A stretch of DNA of 64,000 nucleotides from Camelus ferus (taxonomy: Eukaryota), in contig NC_045697.1 in NCBI RefSeq assembly GCF_009834535.1, positions 9,488,001-9,552,000 of the forward strand, in the 5' to 3' direction. Shown here in pieces: positions 36,440 through 49,404 of the stretch. A program made the position numbers and the translations under genes. Below the pieces are notes generated by a model. It saw nothing but the letters and a program-made list of their open reading frames with translations, did no database searches and had not been told where the DNA came from. Every line of letters starts with the position of its first letter. Positions within the stretch are counted from its first letter, which is position 1.

Positions 36440-36810
36440 CTATATAACTACCAATTACTCTCCAGCCACACTGGCCTTCTTTTGTCTTCTTGTTCGGGTA
36501 GTGAGGCTTTCTTAGGGGGTCTTTGTACTTGCTCTTACTCTGCTTACCCATTCTGCTTGAAATAGTCAAACAATTAGACTCTTCTTGTTCTCCTGGTCTC
36601 ACTTTACCTTCTCAGAGGAACCTGTTCTGACTACCATCATATCACTCTTTAAAAACTTTTAAATATGTTTTATTATTCTCTGAAATAGTTGAAAAAATCT
36701 TGATCATTTTTTTTTGTTTCATAACATTGTCTTTCCCTCTTTTAGGATGTAATTCCTTGGGAGGAAATAATCTCATAAGTCTTGTTTATTAATCTCCCTT
36801 CTACCTAAAA
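36440..36810 (+). mobile_element. L2 fragment
   Basis: 'ctccagccacactggccttctt...ctttgtacttgct...accttctcagaggaacctgttctgactacc'. Confidence 0.7.
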
Positions 36811-37682
36811 TAATGAGGAGGTAACAGCACATTGATTGGGAAATTATGAGTCTTAGAACAGCTCGGCATGTTGAATGGAGCATGCAAAACCAGGTTGAAG
36901 AATATAAAGTTATTTTTGAATGTGGTGGTAACATTAAAGGAATATAGAAAGAACATATACAATCCTATTTAAGTAACAAGGTTTATGTGATTCTCCTGCA
37001 CAAGCCATACACACTAAATTTCTCACCATAGGTTTGTTCCCTCATGGATCATTGGGCTCTAGGGAGGTTGTATAGTGACTATTTCAAGATTTTCCATCAC
37101 TCCACTATAATTTGGGGGTCTCTGTCTCTGAAATTTCATACCTTCTTACTTGTTGCTTTACTTCTTGTTTCCCTGGAGTTTATTTTCAAACTACTTCTAA
37201 GAAAAGATACCCTCAATTTTTTTTTTCAGAATCCTTGCATGTACATTCTACTCTAATTTGATAGTTTAGCAAGGTATCAAATAATAAACTAAAATTATTT
37301 TGAATAGTAAATCAAGCTGAAATTATAGAACATGGACTCAAATAACAAGACAACCCTAAATAATAAATTGTTGAGATGATCTGAAATACATTTATTACAA
37401 AACTGGAAAGACAGACTAAATGATTAAACTATTCAATTCAATACAGAAAATGAATAAGAGAGTAAAGAACTAAACTAGAAACTAAAGATTAAAGCATAAA
37501 CTATTAAAATAGAAAAAATTAAATACCATGAAAGGAAATAGGACATGGTGATATCATGAATTGAATTTTTGAAAAGTCAAAGAGAGAGAGAAGGTCTGAT
37601 CAAATAAGAAAGAAACACCAAATAAGGAGCATTGTGATAGTCAAGGGTTTCTAATTACTAACACATTTTTTAAAAATTACTT

Positions 37683-37901
37683 TTCAAAATTTGTAGATAC
37701 TGACAGGCATATGCAGAATAGATAAACAAGATTATACTGTATAGCACAGGGAAACATATACAAGACCTCGTGGTAGCTCACAGCGAAAAAAAAATGTGAC
37801 AATGAATATATGTATGTTCATGTATAACTGAAAAATTATGCTCTACACTGGAATTTGACACAACATTGTAAAATGACTATAACCCAATAAAAAAAGTTTA
37901 A
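37683..37901 (+). mobile_element. Camelid-type L1 3' end with 11-bp TSD
   Basis: 'acaagacctcgtggtagctcacagcgaaaa...aatttgacacaacattgtaaaatgactataacccaataaaa'; TSD aaaaattactt at 37672-37682 and 37902-37912; TT/AAAA site. Confidence 0.92.
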
Positions 37902-39946
37902 AAAAATTACTTAATACAAGTAAACAAATTCATTATAAAAACTGTATAAATTTTAATATCCAAATCTAAAAGATTGTACAGATTATACTCTCTAATAATT
38001 ACACTGTGAAATTGGTCTCATATATACACACCCACATAGAAATTTTAAAACAGTCTTTTAAATAACTCATCTAAAACTATATACAAATTTATGTAAATTA
38101 ATTAATTGAAAATCTAGGTGACGTGTACAGAGTTCCTAAAAAAATAAAAATTTCTGAAAATCTTTAGAAGAAATTGAGCTTTTCAAAAACAGCAGACTAG
38201 TCAACAGTGTCAAAAACTTCAGATGTGCAGAATTTGGCATTCTTATGAAAGGATAAAAATGAAATTCCTTTGTGTGCTTCAAAGTGACTCTTTCAAGGTT
38301 TCAGTTTATAAACATCTAACCTGTTTTAATCCTTCTTGGCCAAGGATATAAGTCCTTCTCATCTCCTTGATTTTTCTGTTAGGGAGCAAACTCTTCTTCC
38401 CTGTTTATTAAATTTCCTAATTTTTGCAAAATCGAATAGGTAAGTCTGTGTAATTTTTGAGTTCAGTGTAATGATCACAGTTGCTCACAGATATAAGCCA
38501 CTATCTCCAGTATCATCTTTGTCAGTAATAAAGTATATTTTGATTATTTATCTCCCTTTTTTGTTTTAGTTTTAATAGGTTCAGAACTTTAATTAAGGCG
38601 ATCTATGCTGTTTATTGAGTCTTTTTGAATCCTCAACTACTGTTCCAACCATAAAAGCAATAAAAGAACTTTCCATGCCATTCTCTCTTAAAGAGATAAT
38701 TGCATCCAGTTGCACTGGAAAAGGCCAGTTCACCAAGCATCTCACCACACACAATCCACTTAGGAGGAAAGAAAGTAGAAGTGAAACTGGATGCACTGCT
38801 ACATAAAAGAAAATAATTTTCTATTTATTTAAGCCACTAGACTTTTAGGACTCCACAGATCAGAAGCCACAACTTCTTCCTAACAAATGAGCCTTAGGAA
38901 CTCAATTATTTTTCAGTGAGAATTACAAGCTGATAGAGGTACAAAGAATTACCAGAATTCCTTGTAGGAATGCAAGGAAGCAATTGTGTAATTATTTCAT
39001 GATAGCTATATGAAAAACTTATTATATTTATATTTGCTTTTAAAAGAATGCAAAGTAGAAACAAATTTGAAAAACAGTGCAATTTGCAGGTGAAAGACGG
39101 TCCAGCAAATGGTGTGTTGCACTACATCTCTAAAGGAGACAATGAAAAAGTGCTTTAGTAACTGAACATTTCCATTTCTAAAATTAATTAGCACTTCCCA
39201 ATGTCTAGTATGCTCATCTTATGAACAATTCCTTTATTAATATACAGAGAGCTAATATAAAAAGCACATTCTTATGTTAATTACATAATTAATCCAGGCA
39301 CAATTAAACCACTAAATTCACATAGTAATAATTTTTTTATTTTGGTCTCATAGATACTAATTTTTTTTTTACAAGTTAACATTTATGTGGTCTTTCTCAC
39401 CATTTCATTATTTAGTATGGACCATTGGACTTCTTAAAATGTATAAACTCGGAAATCATAGAGTTAGAGGCCTTTCATGTAGTTTTATAAGTCTTATCTA
39501 GAGAATTTTATACAACTTTAGCATGCGAGCTCAGTAAATATTAACATCATCCAGCAAGTAACATTTGGCACTGAAAATAAAAGTACTTACCTCTTCCTTT
39601 TTGGGCAGTTAATCACATGACAAAGAAAAAAGAAGTATAATGTGTTGAGTACATGGAGATATGAGGAAACCCCTTTTGAAGTTTGGAAATTTCAAAGCTG
39701 AAAGGACTAGTGTTCCCTTTTCCCTCATGAGGGCGTTGAGAACAGTGTCAGCACCAATGATGGTTCCACACCACATACAAAGGACGAGGTGTTTGGCAAG
39801 GCGTCATAGCCTGACTGGGCACAAGGATTTCTCAAAGCAGACCCCACCATCTTTTTCTGGGTCTCCCTAGAAGCATGGAGGAGATCTGACTAGTTTCCAT
39901 GTTCCAGGGGTAAGATGGCTAAGCATGAGAGCTGGTATGCCCCATT

Positions 39947-39969
39947 TAATAATAATAATAATAATAATA

Positions 39970-40010
<41 letters not shown>
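39947..40010. repeat. Head-to-head (TAA)8-(TTA)13 compound microsatellite with a 48-bp perfect palindrome
   Basis: 39947-39970 is the exact reverse complement of 39971-39994. Confidence 0.95.
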
Positions 40011-40013
<3 letters not shown>

Positions 40014-40448
40014 ATGCAATAATATATACTATAACATATTATATTTAAAATATATAATACACCTCATATTATTATACTGACTCGCTAGAAGGTTACCACA
40101 GAAAACAGAGGCAGAGATTGTCCAAACCACGTATCAGCTGGTGGTGGCAGCTTATCTCAGAGCATAGCAGCTCCAGTCATATAAAAGATGAGAATCGAGC
40201 CGACAGAGGAAAATGGCCAAATTCTCCAGGAGGCATTACGGGGCACTATGTAACATCATGATGTCAAGGGATGAAATTGTGTTCTTTGATGGACATTTTT
40301 CACTGGCTAACCTGTGCTGCTCTAACTCATGATCTTTAACCACATCGTAGGCAACATACCAAGATGCCTCCTGGGAATTTGACTCAAAAATAAGTTTTCA
40401 ACATGCAAGTGATTATAGTCTCACACTGTGTTTGAGAATAACTGGATT

Positions 40449-41206
40449 ATGAATGATAAATGCTGGAAAGGGTGTGGAGAAAAGGGAACCCTCTTACACT
40501 GCTGGTGGGAATGTAATTTGGTGCAGCCACAGTATGGAGAGTCCTCAAAAAACCAAAAACAGACCTATGATATGATCCAACAATCCCACTTCTGAGTATA
40601 TATCCAGAGGGAACTCTAATTTGAAAAGATACATATGCCCAGTGTTCATAGCAACACTGTATACAGTGGCCAAGACATGCAAGTGGCCTAAATATCCATC
40701 AACAGATGACTGGATAAAGACGCTGTGGTATGTTTATACAATGGAATACTACTCAGCCATAAAAAATAAAATAATGTGATTTGCAGCAACATGGATGGAC
40801 CTAGAGATCGTCATTCCATGTGAAGCCAGAAAGAGAAAGAAAAATACTGTATGATACCACTCATATGTGGAATCTGGAAAAAAAAAAAAAGAAAGGAAAA
40901 AAAAGGACACTATGAACTCATCTACAAAACAGAAACAGAGTCACAGACATAGTAAACAATCTCATGGTTACAGGGGAAAGAGGGTGGGAAGGGATAAATT
41001 TGGGAGTTTGAGATTTACAAACTTAAGCCACTATATATAAAAATAGATTTTAAAAAATGTTTCTTCTGTATAGCACAGGGAACTCATTATAACCTTTAAT
41101 GAAAATAATATGAAAATGAATATATGTATGTATATTCATGACTGTGACGTTGTGCTCTACACCAGAAGTTGACACATTGTAACTGACTGTACTTAAGCAA
41201 AAACAT
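40449..41206 (+). mobile_element. Older lineage-specific L1 3' fragment (ORF2 C-terminus plus 3'UTR)
   Basis: 'ataaatgctggaaagggtgtggagaaaagggaaccctc...gacacattgtaactgactgtac'; TSD gaataactggatt (40436-40448) / gaagaactggatt (41207-41219). Confidence 0.9.
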
Positions 41207-42159
41207 GAAGAACTGGATTGATCTGAGTCTCCCAGAATTGGAGAGCTTGAATTGGCTGCTAACAGAGCAGCAGCCACAGCTTATATCATTTTTGAAGTTA
41301 TCTATATCTCTTGAGGGGAGATAATGAAATATATTCCACTACTCAAAAAAGGAAGTGTCAGTGAAAGATGCTAGACTTTGAAGATGGGAAGACATGGGTA
41401 TAAGTTTACTCTCTGTCACTAAGCTGTCTGGGTACATGTGGGCAAGTCCAAGGCTCACTGTCTTTCCTCCGTCAGAATGGGGATAATGAAAATGCCTGTC
41501 TTGCTGTGAGGATGAGTGTGTGACTTAGGTGCCAGTGTCTACTGAAGTCTTTTGAATAAGTGAGCCTTGCCATAACTGAACCCACATCCTGTGAGAAATC
41601 CTTCACAAGAGTTCTGGGAAATCCTGAGATTTTGCTTCTCTCCCAGTCACCTTCAGCTTTCCCATTTCTATCTTCTAAACTCTGAACCTTTACTCTAGGT
41701 CTTGTGGTTTGTTCTTTATTTCTGCTCCAGTGGAAATCCAAATCCAAAATTGTTATTCCCTTAGAGGATTCACACTGAAATAGCATAGAAAAATGCATTT
41801 ATATTTAATATTTAAATTTCCTGATTTTTTTAATGCCCTTTTCTATTTCTAGCAAGTCTGGTTTCGCTTCGCTATGTTTCTCAGCTCTCTGACTCTCATT
41901 TTCCCCAACCTCCTTTCTCCTCTGAGCTCTTCTCACACATTTTGTTTTTTCCTTCTTTACATGTGAATAATTATATACACAAATGTATTTAACACAAATA
42001 TATATATCAGAAATATATATACACATGTATGTCTACTGTATATGTGTATATATACATGTATACATATAGATTTGTATTAAAAATAAAGAATTTTTAAAAA
42101 GTAAAAGGAGCAAGTTATCCTATAATCTTCCTACCTAGAAACTTTAATGTTAGTGATTA

Positions 42160-42400
42160 AAAACTGTCTGGGTTAGAATTCTAAATTTACCACTTAATAT
42201 CTATGTTGGTTTGGGCAATTCACCAAACCCCACTATGCCTCTGTTCTGTCATCTCTGCAGTGGAGAATGATACTTACTGCTTAATAATGTTGTGATATTA
42301 AATAAAGTATTACATGTACAATGCTTAGGAAAATTCCTGCACAGTAAGCATTAGTAAGTGCTAGCTTCTCTTACTGTTATTATTATTGTTATCATTATTG
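42160..42400 (+). mobile_element. MIR SINE
   Basis: 'gtctgggttagaattctaaatttaccactta...tgggcaattcacc...gtacaatgcttagg...cacagtaagca'. Confidence 0.8.
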
Positions 42401-42699
42401 TTAGATAACATAGTCCTAGATATCGATTTATGCATTAATATAATGAAAGGGATAAAGACATAAAGTCACATAAGAAAAATAATCATTTTGATAAATGCTA
42501 TTTATTAATTTTTAAATGTTTATATTAAACTTACTTTTGATAAATAAGTGAAACTGATAAAAATGTTGAATGTCAGATAAGAATGCTTTCACAAAAAGGA
42601 ATATTAGTTGCTAAAAAATCCCTTTACAGTGAAGAAAAATAGATTGTAAAAAAATTTATTGTAAGTTTGAATTCATTAACTCTTTTAACTCCATGCTTC

Positions 42700-43600
42700 A
42701 ATTTCAGAAAGTCTCAATTTATTCTATACTATGAAATATGTCAAATCAGGTGGTGAGTCTAGCCAACCTACAGTTACTCCACCTTGTTCTTTTTCCACTT
42801 CTAATCTTTGTATGGCATATTATTATTTTTATATTATCAAGGTTTATAATATTCACATTCTGCATGCATATATAGTTACCTAAGTTTTAGCTATATATTA
42901 AGGAAATTTAATATTCACCACAGAACTTAAAATACAGGGTTTTTTAATTTTTAAATTCTATGTGTTCTACCTTAATTATTTTGTTTGTTTTGTTGTAAGA
43001 AAGACCCATGGTTATTGTATTTCTTGAATATTTGTACTTAACACTACTATAATCTCTATTCATGCTGCTAGAACTATGTAGGAATTCATCCATTATCTTT
43101 TGACATTGAGTATTTTCATCAAGAATTAGAAGTCCAGGCTCCTTATTCTCCTTTTAGATCATGGTTCATTGTTTTCTTCTGTCAAGATATTTGAAGCATT
43201 CTTTCATTATCTCTGACAAACAAGCAATAACTCCATTGGAATGTGCCCCAATATCAATCAATCAGGATTTTATTTTCTAGCTACATATTTATTTCTCTAT
43301 TGCTTTCAAGAATTTTTTTTGTATATATCTTTTAGCATCTTTTGTTTTATTTGTTGAATTCACTATGTAAGGATATCTTTTATTTTTATGTTTTCTGCCT
43401 TCCACAGGTATCATCTCCTTTTTATTTGCTTAATTTCTTAATATTTTTCTCTATGTTCATTGTGATTATCCCAAGACTTTGTTCTGTGACATACACTCAG
43501 TTTTCACCATTCTATTTTATTCTTTGCTGCTTCTAATTTGTGTACTAGTTCTGCAACATCTTCTCTTGTAGCTAATACATGTGTTATCTTTCTTTCTGAG
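42700..43600 (-). mobile_element. Ancient HAL1/L1ME remnant, antisense
   Basis: T-rich decayed sequence ('ttcatccattatcttttgacattgagtatt...agaattagaagtccagg'). Confidence 0.45.
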
Positions 43601-43819
43601 TTTCTCTTTCTTATTGCACTCATCCACACCAATCCACTTTCAGACTGAAATTGGATGAGTCTGTCCCCCGTTGTCATCATCCACCTTTCTAACCATTGGC
43701 TAAAAAAAATCTTCAGGGACACCCTTACTCTTTCTCTAACTTTCTGAGACTTTAGAAAATCTCTGTCCTCAGTCTCAACATTGTCTCATTTGTTTATATG
43801 GATTCCGTGCTTTCATGAT

Positions 43820-44040
43820 AATGATGATGACGACAAAGACAATGAGAATGGATTGCTATGTGCCAAGAGCTGTTGTAAGTGCTTTTTAATTATTGCCTAA
43901 TTTAATCTTTGTAACAACTCTATAAGGAAGATGTGAGTACTATTATTATGTTTATTTTGCAGATGAGGAAATGAAGGCACAGAGCTTCATTAAGCTTCAT
44001 TAATTAAGGAAATTGCCCAAAGTTAGACAGCAGTTTAAAA
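43820..44040 (-). mobile_element. MIR SINE
   Basis: 'ctatgtgccaagagctgttgtaagtgcttt...ttttgcagatgaggaaatgaaggcacagag...ttgcccaaagttagacagc'. Confidence 0.85.
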
Positions 44041-44042
44041 GT

Positions 44043-44262
44043 GGAGTTCGAGATTTGCTGATACTAATATATATAAAACAGATAAACAAGAAGTCTACAC
44101 TGTATAACACAGAGAACTATATTCAATATCTTGTAGTAACTTATTGTGAAAAAGAATATGAAAATGAATAGATGTATGTTCCTATATGACTGAAGCATTG
44201 TGCTGTACACCAGAAATTAGCACAACATTGTAAACTAACTATACTTCAATAAAATTTTTTTA
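44043..44262 (+). mobile_element. Lineage-specific L1 3' end
   Basis: 'gagttcgagatttgctgatacta...gactgaagcattgtgctgtacaccagaaatt...ctatacttcaataaaa'. Confidence 0.85.
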
Positions 44263-44429
44263 AAAACAGCAAAGTGTTTTTTTCAATCTCTTAGAATTGG
44301 TGTGTTCCAATTTTGAACTCTTAAGAGAGTAAAAGAAAGAAGCCACCTGCCTAACAGAAAGAAGCTCTCTCATCTGCTGTGCCTGTGTTGTAAATTTATT
44401 TAATGGCAAACAACATAATTCACTTGACA

Positions 44430-44900
44430 ATGGTAATCCAAGCCATTTTCTGCTTGGATGTCATAGACCCTGGTCTCCCTGTATCCAACCTAATTCCCTA
44501 CTAATCCTTTCTGCATGTGATTGTCAATGTGGCTTCTTCAGAACATAGACTTGAGCATGCCACTCTTTAAGAGTCTCACTGATTTCAGTATAAGCTTCAA
44601 ACTCTTTAATGTGACTTACATGATTTTCCATGACCTGGCCCTTATCTGTCTCTCTGGCCTTACTTCCAGCGGCAACTATCCTGAATTTTCGCTGCAGGTA
44701 AATAAACTCTATTCCATCTTTCCAATGCTCTATGAGCTCTTGAATGTTTGCCCTTTTCCCCTATCTCCTGTTCCTGCTCTTCTGCTTTGAGTAAATCCCA
44801 TTTGTCTTACATACCTCAGCTATATTTCTTTTTCATAGAACTTTCTCTGACCATATACAGATGTATGTATGAATGAATGAATGAGTGAATGAATGAATAT
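44430..44900 (+). mobile_element. L2 fragment with (TGAA)n-like tail
   Basis: 'tcaaactctttaatgtgacttacatgattttccatgacctggcccttatc' followed by atgaatgaatgaatgagtgaatgaatgaat. Confidence 0.7.
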
Positions 44901-46441
44901 CATTATAGAGTAAGAACTTAGAAGGTACCATAAATGAGGAAGGTCACTATAAAAAATAAATTTGATTAAGGGACAAAGTGTGCTTGGTAATATTTCTATG
45001 CCTTCGAAAGACATTGAGTATTATTTACTTTTGAGTCCATTGTGGACTCCCTGGGGAGACAGATGACATATTACTCATGCCATATACTCTGTGAATAGAA
45101 GCATACTTCACCCTGGAAATGATAATACATTTTCATTTCCTTAATTGTCAATGAGTGCCCGCTGTCCACTGAAAATTAACAAAATAATCACACCATCAAC
45201 TGGATGCTACCCCTGTCTTTTCAAAAGGAGAGGAGGATTCACACTAATTTTTTAGAAAGACACTCATTGCATAAAGTGAGGCCTGCCTGTATGCTTCTGT
45301 TAAAGGTTGACTGAGTCATTTTCTGTTTTCAAGTTTCAACTTCTATTAAAGGCCAACACTCTTCCTGTGGTTTGGATTATGATTTGTTTGCTACTGAAGT
45401 CTTGCTTAAAGCAGGCAATGATGAGGTTTCATTCCATTACAAATAGCATGTGATTTATGAAACCCATGGTACTATAACAACGTGAATATATATTGTCACA
45501 TCTCTTGGAGGAAAATCTGTATCCCAGCTTGATAACAAAGACACTGGAAATTCAACTAATCTTTGATTCTCCTATACACAGGAGCTTCTTGGAGAGAGAA
45601 AACAAAAGTCCTAGAAGCTGAAGCCTCCAAAGTCAGCCACACGACAATCCACAGAAATGATGAATGAGCTGTCAAGGAGAGGAATAAACAGTAACACTGC
45701 CATCACATTCAATACTTTATTTTGATCAAGTAAATGTCATTATATAGATCCTTCATTTGAGAATCATTGAGTTGGAAAGGACCTTGAGATGTTATTAATA
45801 AGAGTAACTAATATTCACTTAGGATTATCTGGGAGCTTGGAAACGTATATGGGCTATCATATACAGTTCTCACAACTACCTTGTGAGATACTTAAATTGA
45901 TCCCAGTGTTAGAGACAGTGTCACTGATGCAAAGAGAAGTAACTTGCTCAAAATCTCCTAGCTATAAAACAGCAGAACAAGGATTTAAACCCAGACACGT
46001 ATAGTTTCAGAACCGGGGCTCTACACTAAAGGTAACCCTTTCACCACAGAGATGAAGACAACAATGTAAGCGTAATTACAATTTGCTGAGTTCTTAACGG
46101 TAGTCTCTATATAAACAGCATACATCCATTATGTTGTTCACCTTCCAAAATAACACTATAAATGTAAACTTAAACACCTGGGAGGGGAATAATTATGAAA
46201 AGTAAAGTCAATTAAATCCAAAGAATCTCAGAAATACTTAAAGTTGGTGTTACCATGTTCTTTGGGAATAAAAAATTCCCTGCTCTCGTAAGAGACCAGA
46301 ATTTATTCTTTGGAAAAATGAAAACAAGAGAGGTTCTGAGTGCAGAGTCACCTTGTCCAATAGAGGCTGAAATACTGAAAATGCGGATTCAGTGGAAGTC
46401 TGCGTAATGAATGGGACAAACCCAAGCGGCAATCTTTTCTA

Positions 46442-46862
46442 AAACTTATTTTTGTTGAGATATAATTGACATAAAACATTGTGTAAGTTTAAGGTGTACA
46501 AATGTGTTGATTTGATATATCTATACACTGCAAAATGATCACCACTACCGCATGAACTAATACCTCAGTCACATCACGTAATTATCATTTCATTTTTGTG
46601 GTGGGGAGAATTAAGATCTAGTCTCTTAGCAACTTTGAAGTTTCTAATATGTTCATTGTCTGTAATGACTATGCAGCACATTAGATCTCCAGGACTTATT
46701 TCTCTACTAGTTGCAAATTTGTACATTTAAACAACATATCCACAATTTCCACACCCCTGTCCCAGCCCCTGGTAACCACCATTCTATGTACTCTCTGATT
46801 TTACGAGTTGACCTTTTCTAGATTCTACTTACAAGTGATATCATGCAGTAATTTTCCTTCTC
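46442..46862 (-). mobile_element. L1MA-type 3' end, antisense
   Basis: 'ttgagatataattgacataaaacattgtgtaagtttaaggtgtaca...cagcccctggtaaccaccattcta...aagtgatatcatgcagta'. Confidence 0.88.
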
Positions 46863-47299
46863 TTTAAGAAAAATTCCTATCTCTCTAAGATTTTCACAGT
46901 GAGCATGTAATACATCACCTGATGCATAACAAGCTCTCATTAATGCTCATGCCGCTGTTGCTGTAGTTTCTGTGGTTCGCGTGCTCTCTTTCTAACTGAA
47001 CTTCAAAATGACATCCTTGGTACTATTTGTATGGCACTGGGCCTTTTACAGATAGTTTTGATATGTATTTTTATTTGCATTGGAAACCTTCTTCTGCCTT
47101 TTACACATCTGTGTTTACATACCTCATTTAACCTATGGATCACTTTGTGTCTTATGTTAGATTTGGATCCTATAATACTTAGAAAGCTTCAACTGTCATG
47201 TTTCTTAGGCTTGGTGTTTCCATCTTTTTCTCCTTCTTTTTCCATATGCAGCAGAATTCTGAACGATGACACCGTGAAGGATAACAGATGTCATTTGTG

Positions 47300-47490
47300 T
47301 GTGCTGGCTCTGCTCACACACACAGCACCTATGTACATTATCTCAGACACTCTTACAGTAACACTTGGTGTGGTGGTCTTCATTACTACTTGGAGATATG
47401 GAATTTGGGGTGTAAACAGCTTAAGTGGCTTTTCCACTCTTACAGATTTGGACTGCGGTGGGGCCAGGATCCACACCCACTTCCATGTGG
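47300..47490 (-). mobile_element. MIR SINE fragment
   Basis: 'attatctcagacactcttacagtaacac...ttaagtggcttttccactcttacag...gccaggatccacaccca'. Confidence 0.6.
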
Positions 47491-48814
47491 TTCCACAATG
47501 CACAGCCTCAATTATCACAACACATAGCCCACTTTTGAGTCACTGTGACCTGAAATCCTGGTGGGTTTGGAACTTCTAGGTTTCATCCAGGAGCTGCCAA
47601 GTCCATTTATGGATGATTCCCATAACAGCCCCATCCTTTTACCAAGGACATTCTTAGGTGGGGGCTCTAGGAATACTCCTTCCATCTTTAAGCACAAACC
47701 TGGCAAACCGCTCTAGGTCATTGTCTGGGCAGAAGATGTTTTGTTTGGTTCATTGCAAAGTGGTGTCCTTTTCCCAGATAAATCTATATTCTATTCCCTT
47801 TGACTAATTTAATGTCTTCTAATTCAGACTCAATGTCTGGTATTGTTTGGTTATATACTAGGCTTTTGTGATGATCACAAATTATCAGCAGGGACGCCAA
47901 GCTCTCTGTTGAGTCTTGATCCACAATACTCATGTCAGTCAAACCCTCAAATTTTTCAGAAAGATTTTCTTTTATAAGGACATAGATACTCAATCTCTTT
48001 ATAGTTTTAAGGCTACCAAAGAAAACTGGAACATTGGGGTAGCATCAATCCCTGTATTTTGACCTGATGTCGTTTCTCTTACAATTCGCCTCAGTAAAGA
48101 AAATTGACAAGAAGAAAATTCTGAATCGTATTTCTGTTTCTAGTATGATTTTGCTAGTGATTAAGGTTTCTCAGCTCACAAAATGGCCAATGGCATTGGT
48201 GACCATTTTAAAGTACACTGACTGCCATTTTGAGTGGCTTTCCTCCTAGAGAATTTTGATTTTAAATGATCAATTGTTATGACAATTAACACATGTGTGC
48301 TATTATATCTTACAGTAAAGGAACTACCATCAGCATCCATCTGAGAGCTTAGCACCTTTCTTCCTCTCTCTTGCTGTTGTGAACTTCTCTCTGGTTCCCC
48401 TTTCATACAAGAACATCCAATGATATTTGCCATGGGGAGAGGGGGTTATAATAAAATTGAAATTTAAATACAGGCACAAGAAAAGAGCAGACGGGGGGGA
48501 TTTGGGGGAGTTGTTACTGTTTTGAACCCTTGTGTTAATTCAACATGTGACATAACTTAGCCCTCACAGTGATATCAATTCTATTAATCTCTATTAGCAT
48601 CTCTCTTTCAAGCCATCAGTCCCTCCCATATGCAAGTAAGCACCAAGTGAAACCTGAGATAAGGTTTTACTAACACAAATGCTGATCCTTACTGGATGTG
48701 AACATCTGGGTGATTTAGCTGTATTTTCCATTTGTACATTTTCTTTGGCATGAATATTTTCAATTAAAAAAAAACACTTTATTTTCAAAGTTCTTATTCT
48801 TAAAATAAATAATA

Positions 48815-49404
48815 GTCTGGGATTTCCAGAAGCAGACCCTAAGACAGTTTAGGGTGAGGGAAGTATCCACAGGAACAACACCTGCAGAGCTGGCAGGGAA
48901 AACAGAACCAGGTGGAGTAAGCATGTAAATTGCATGCAGACCAGAGAGCCTCGCAGACCCATGAGAAAGTCTGGAGCTGAAATGACCCATCAGATTGTCT
49001 CACATGCGGCTAAAATGATCAGCCCTTTTTATCCCTGCCCATCAGTTGGTCAGCCCCTGGAAGTTGTGTGATCTTTTGAGAGGTGGATCTCTGCAGCTGA
49101 TGCCATCCTTGTAGGGACTGACAGCTGAAGACCAACCATAGCCAGCATTCCTTGCAGCTAGTGTGTAACAAGTCCTTCCTTAAAGGGTGACCTGGGTATC
49201 ACCAGGGCCTGCTATATGGGCTTTTGATCACTGCAGTCGCTCATGACCCTGTGCTTGGTGGAGCCTACGTTTGGTTCAAAGTTCTGCTGTTGCTGTCCTG
49301 AAATTCTTAGTAATTTTAAAATGAGTCCCTGCATTTTAAACTTTGCACTAGGCATTGTACCTCATGTAGCCAGTCCTGGGTGGTGTATCTCTATGTCACT
49401 GCAG
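48815..49404 (-). mobile_element. ERVL solo LTR, LTR16 (LTR16C-like), interrupted by MER45A
   Basis: 'ctgggatttccagaagcagaccctaagac...ctgacagctgaag...aagtccttcc...gacctgggt' then 'ggtggtgtatc...cactgca' after the insert. Confidence 0.78.
49203..49378 (+). mobile_element. MER45A-like hAT-Tip100 MITE
   Basis: 'cagggcctgctatatggg...ctgctgttgctgtcctgaaattcttagtaattt...tttgcactaggc...tgtagccagtcctg'. Confidence 0.82.

Noticed and set aside
47031..47579. Longest ORF (182 aa, hydrophobic) as a membrane protein
   Set aside because: No recognisable family. It runs through a MIR fragment, and the hydrophobicity reflects T-rich composition.
47784..48433. Minus-strand ORFs (85 and 69 aa) as a processed pseudogene
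   Set aside because: No recognisable parent protein, no poly(A) or TSD, and the frames do not join. BLASTX would be the definitive test.
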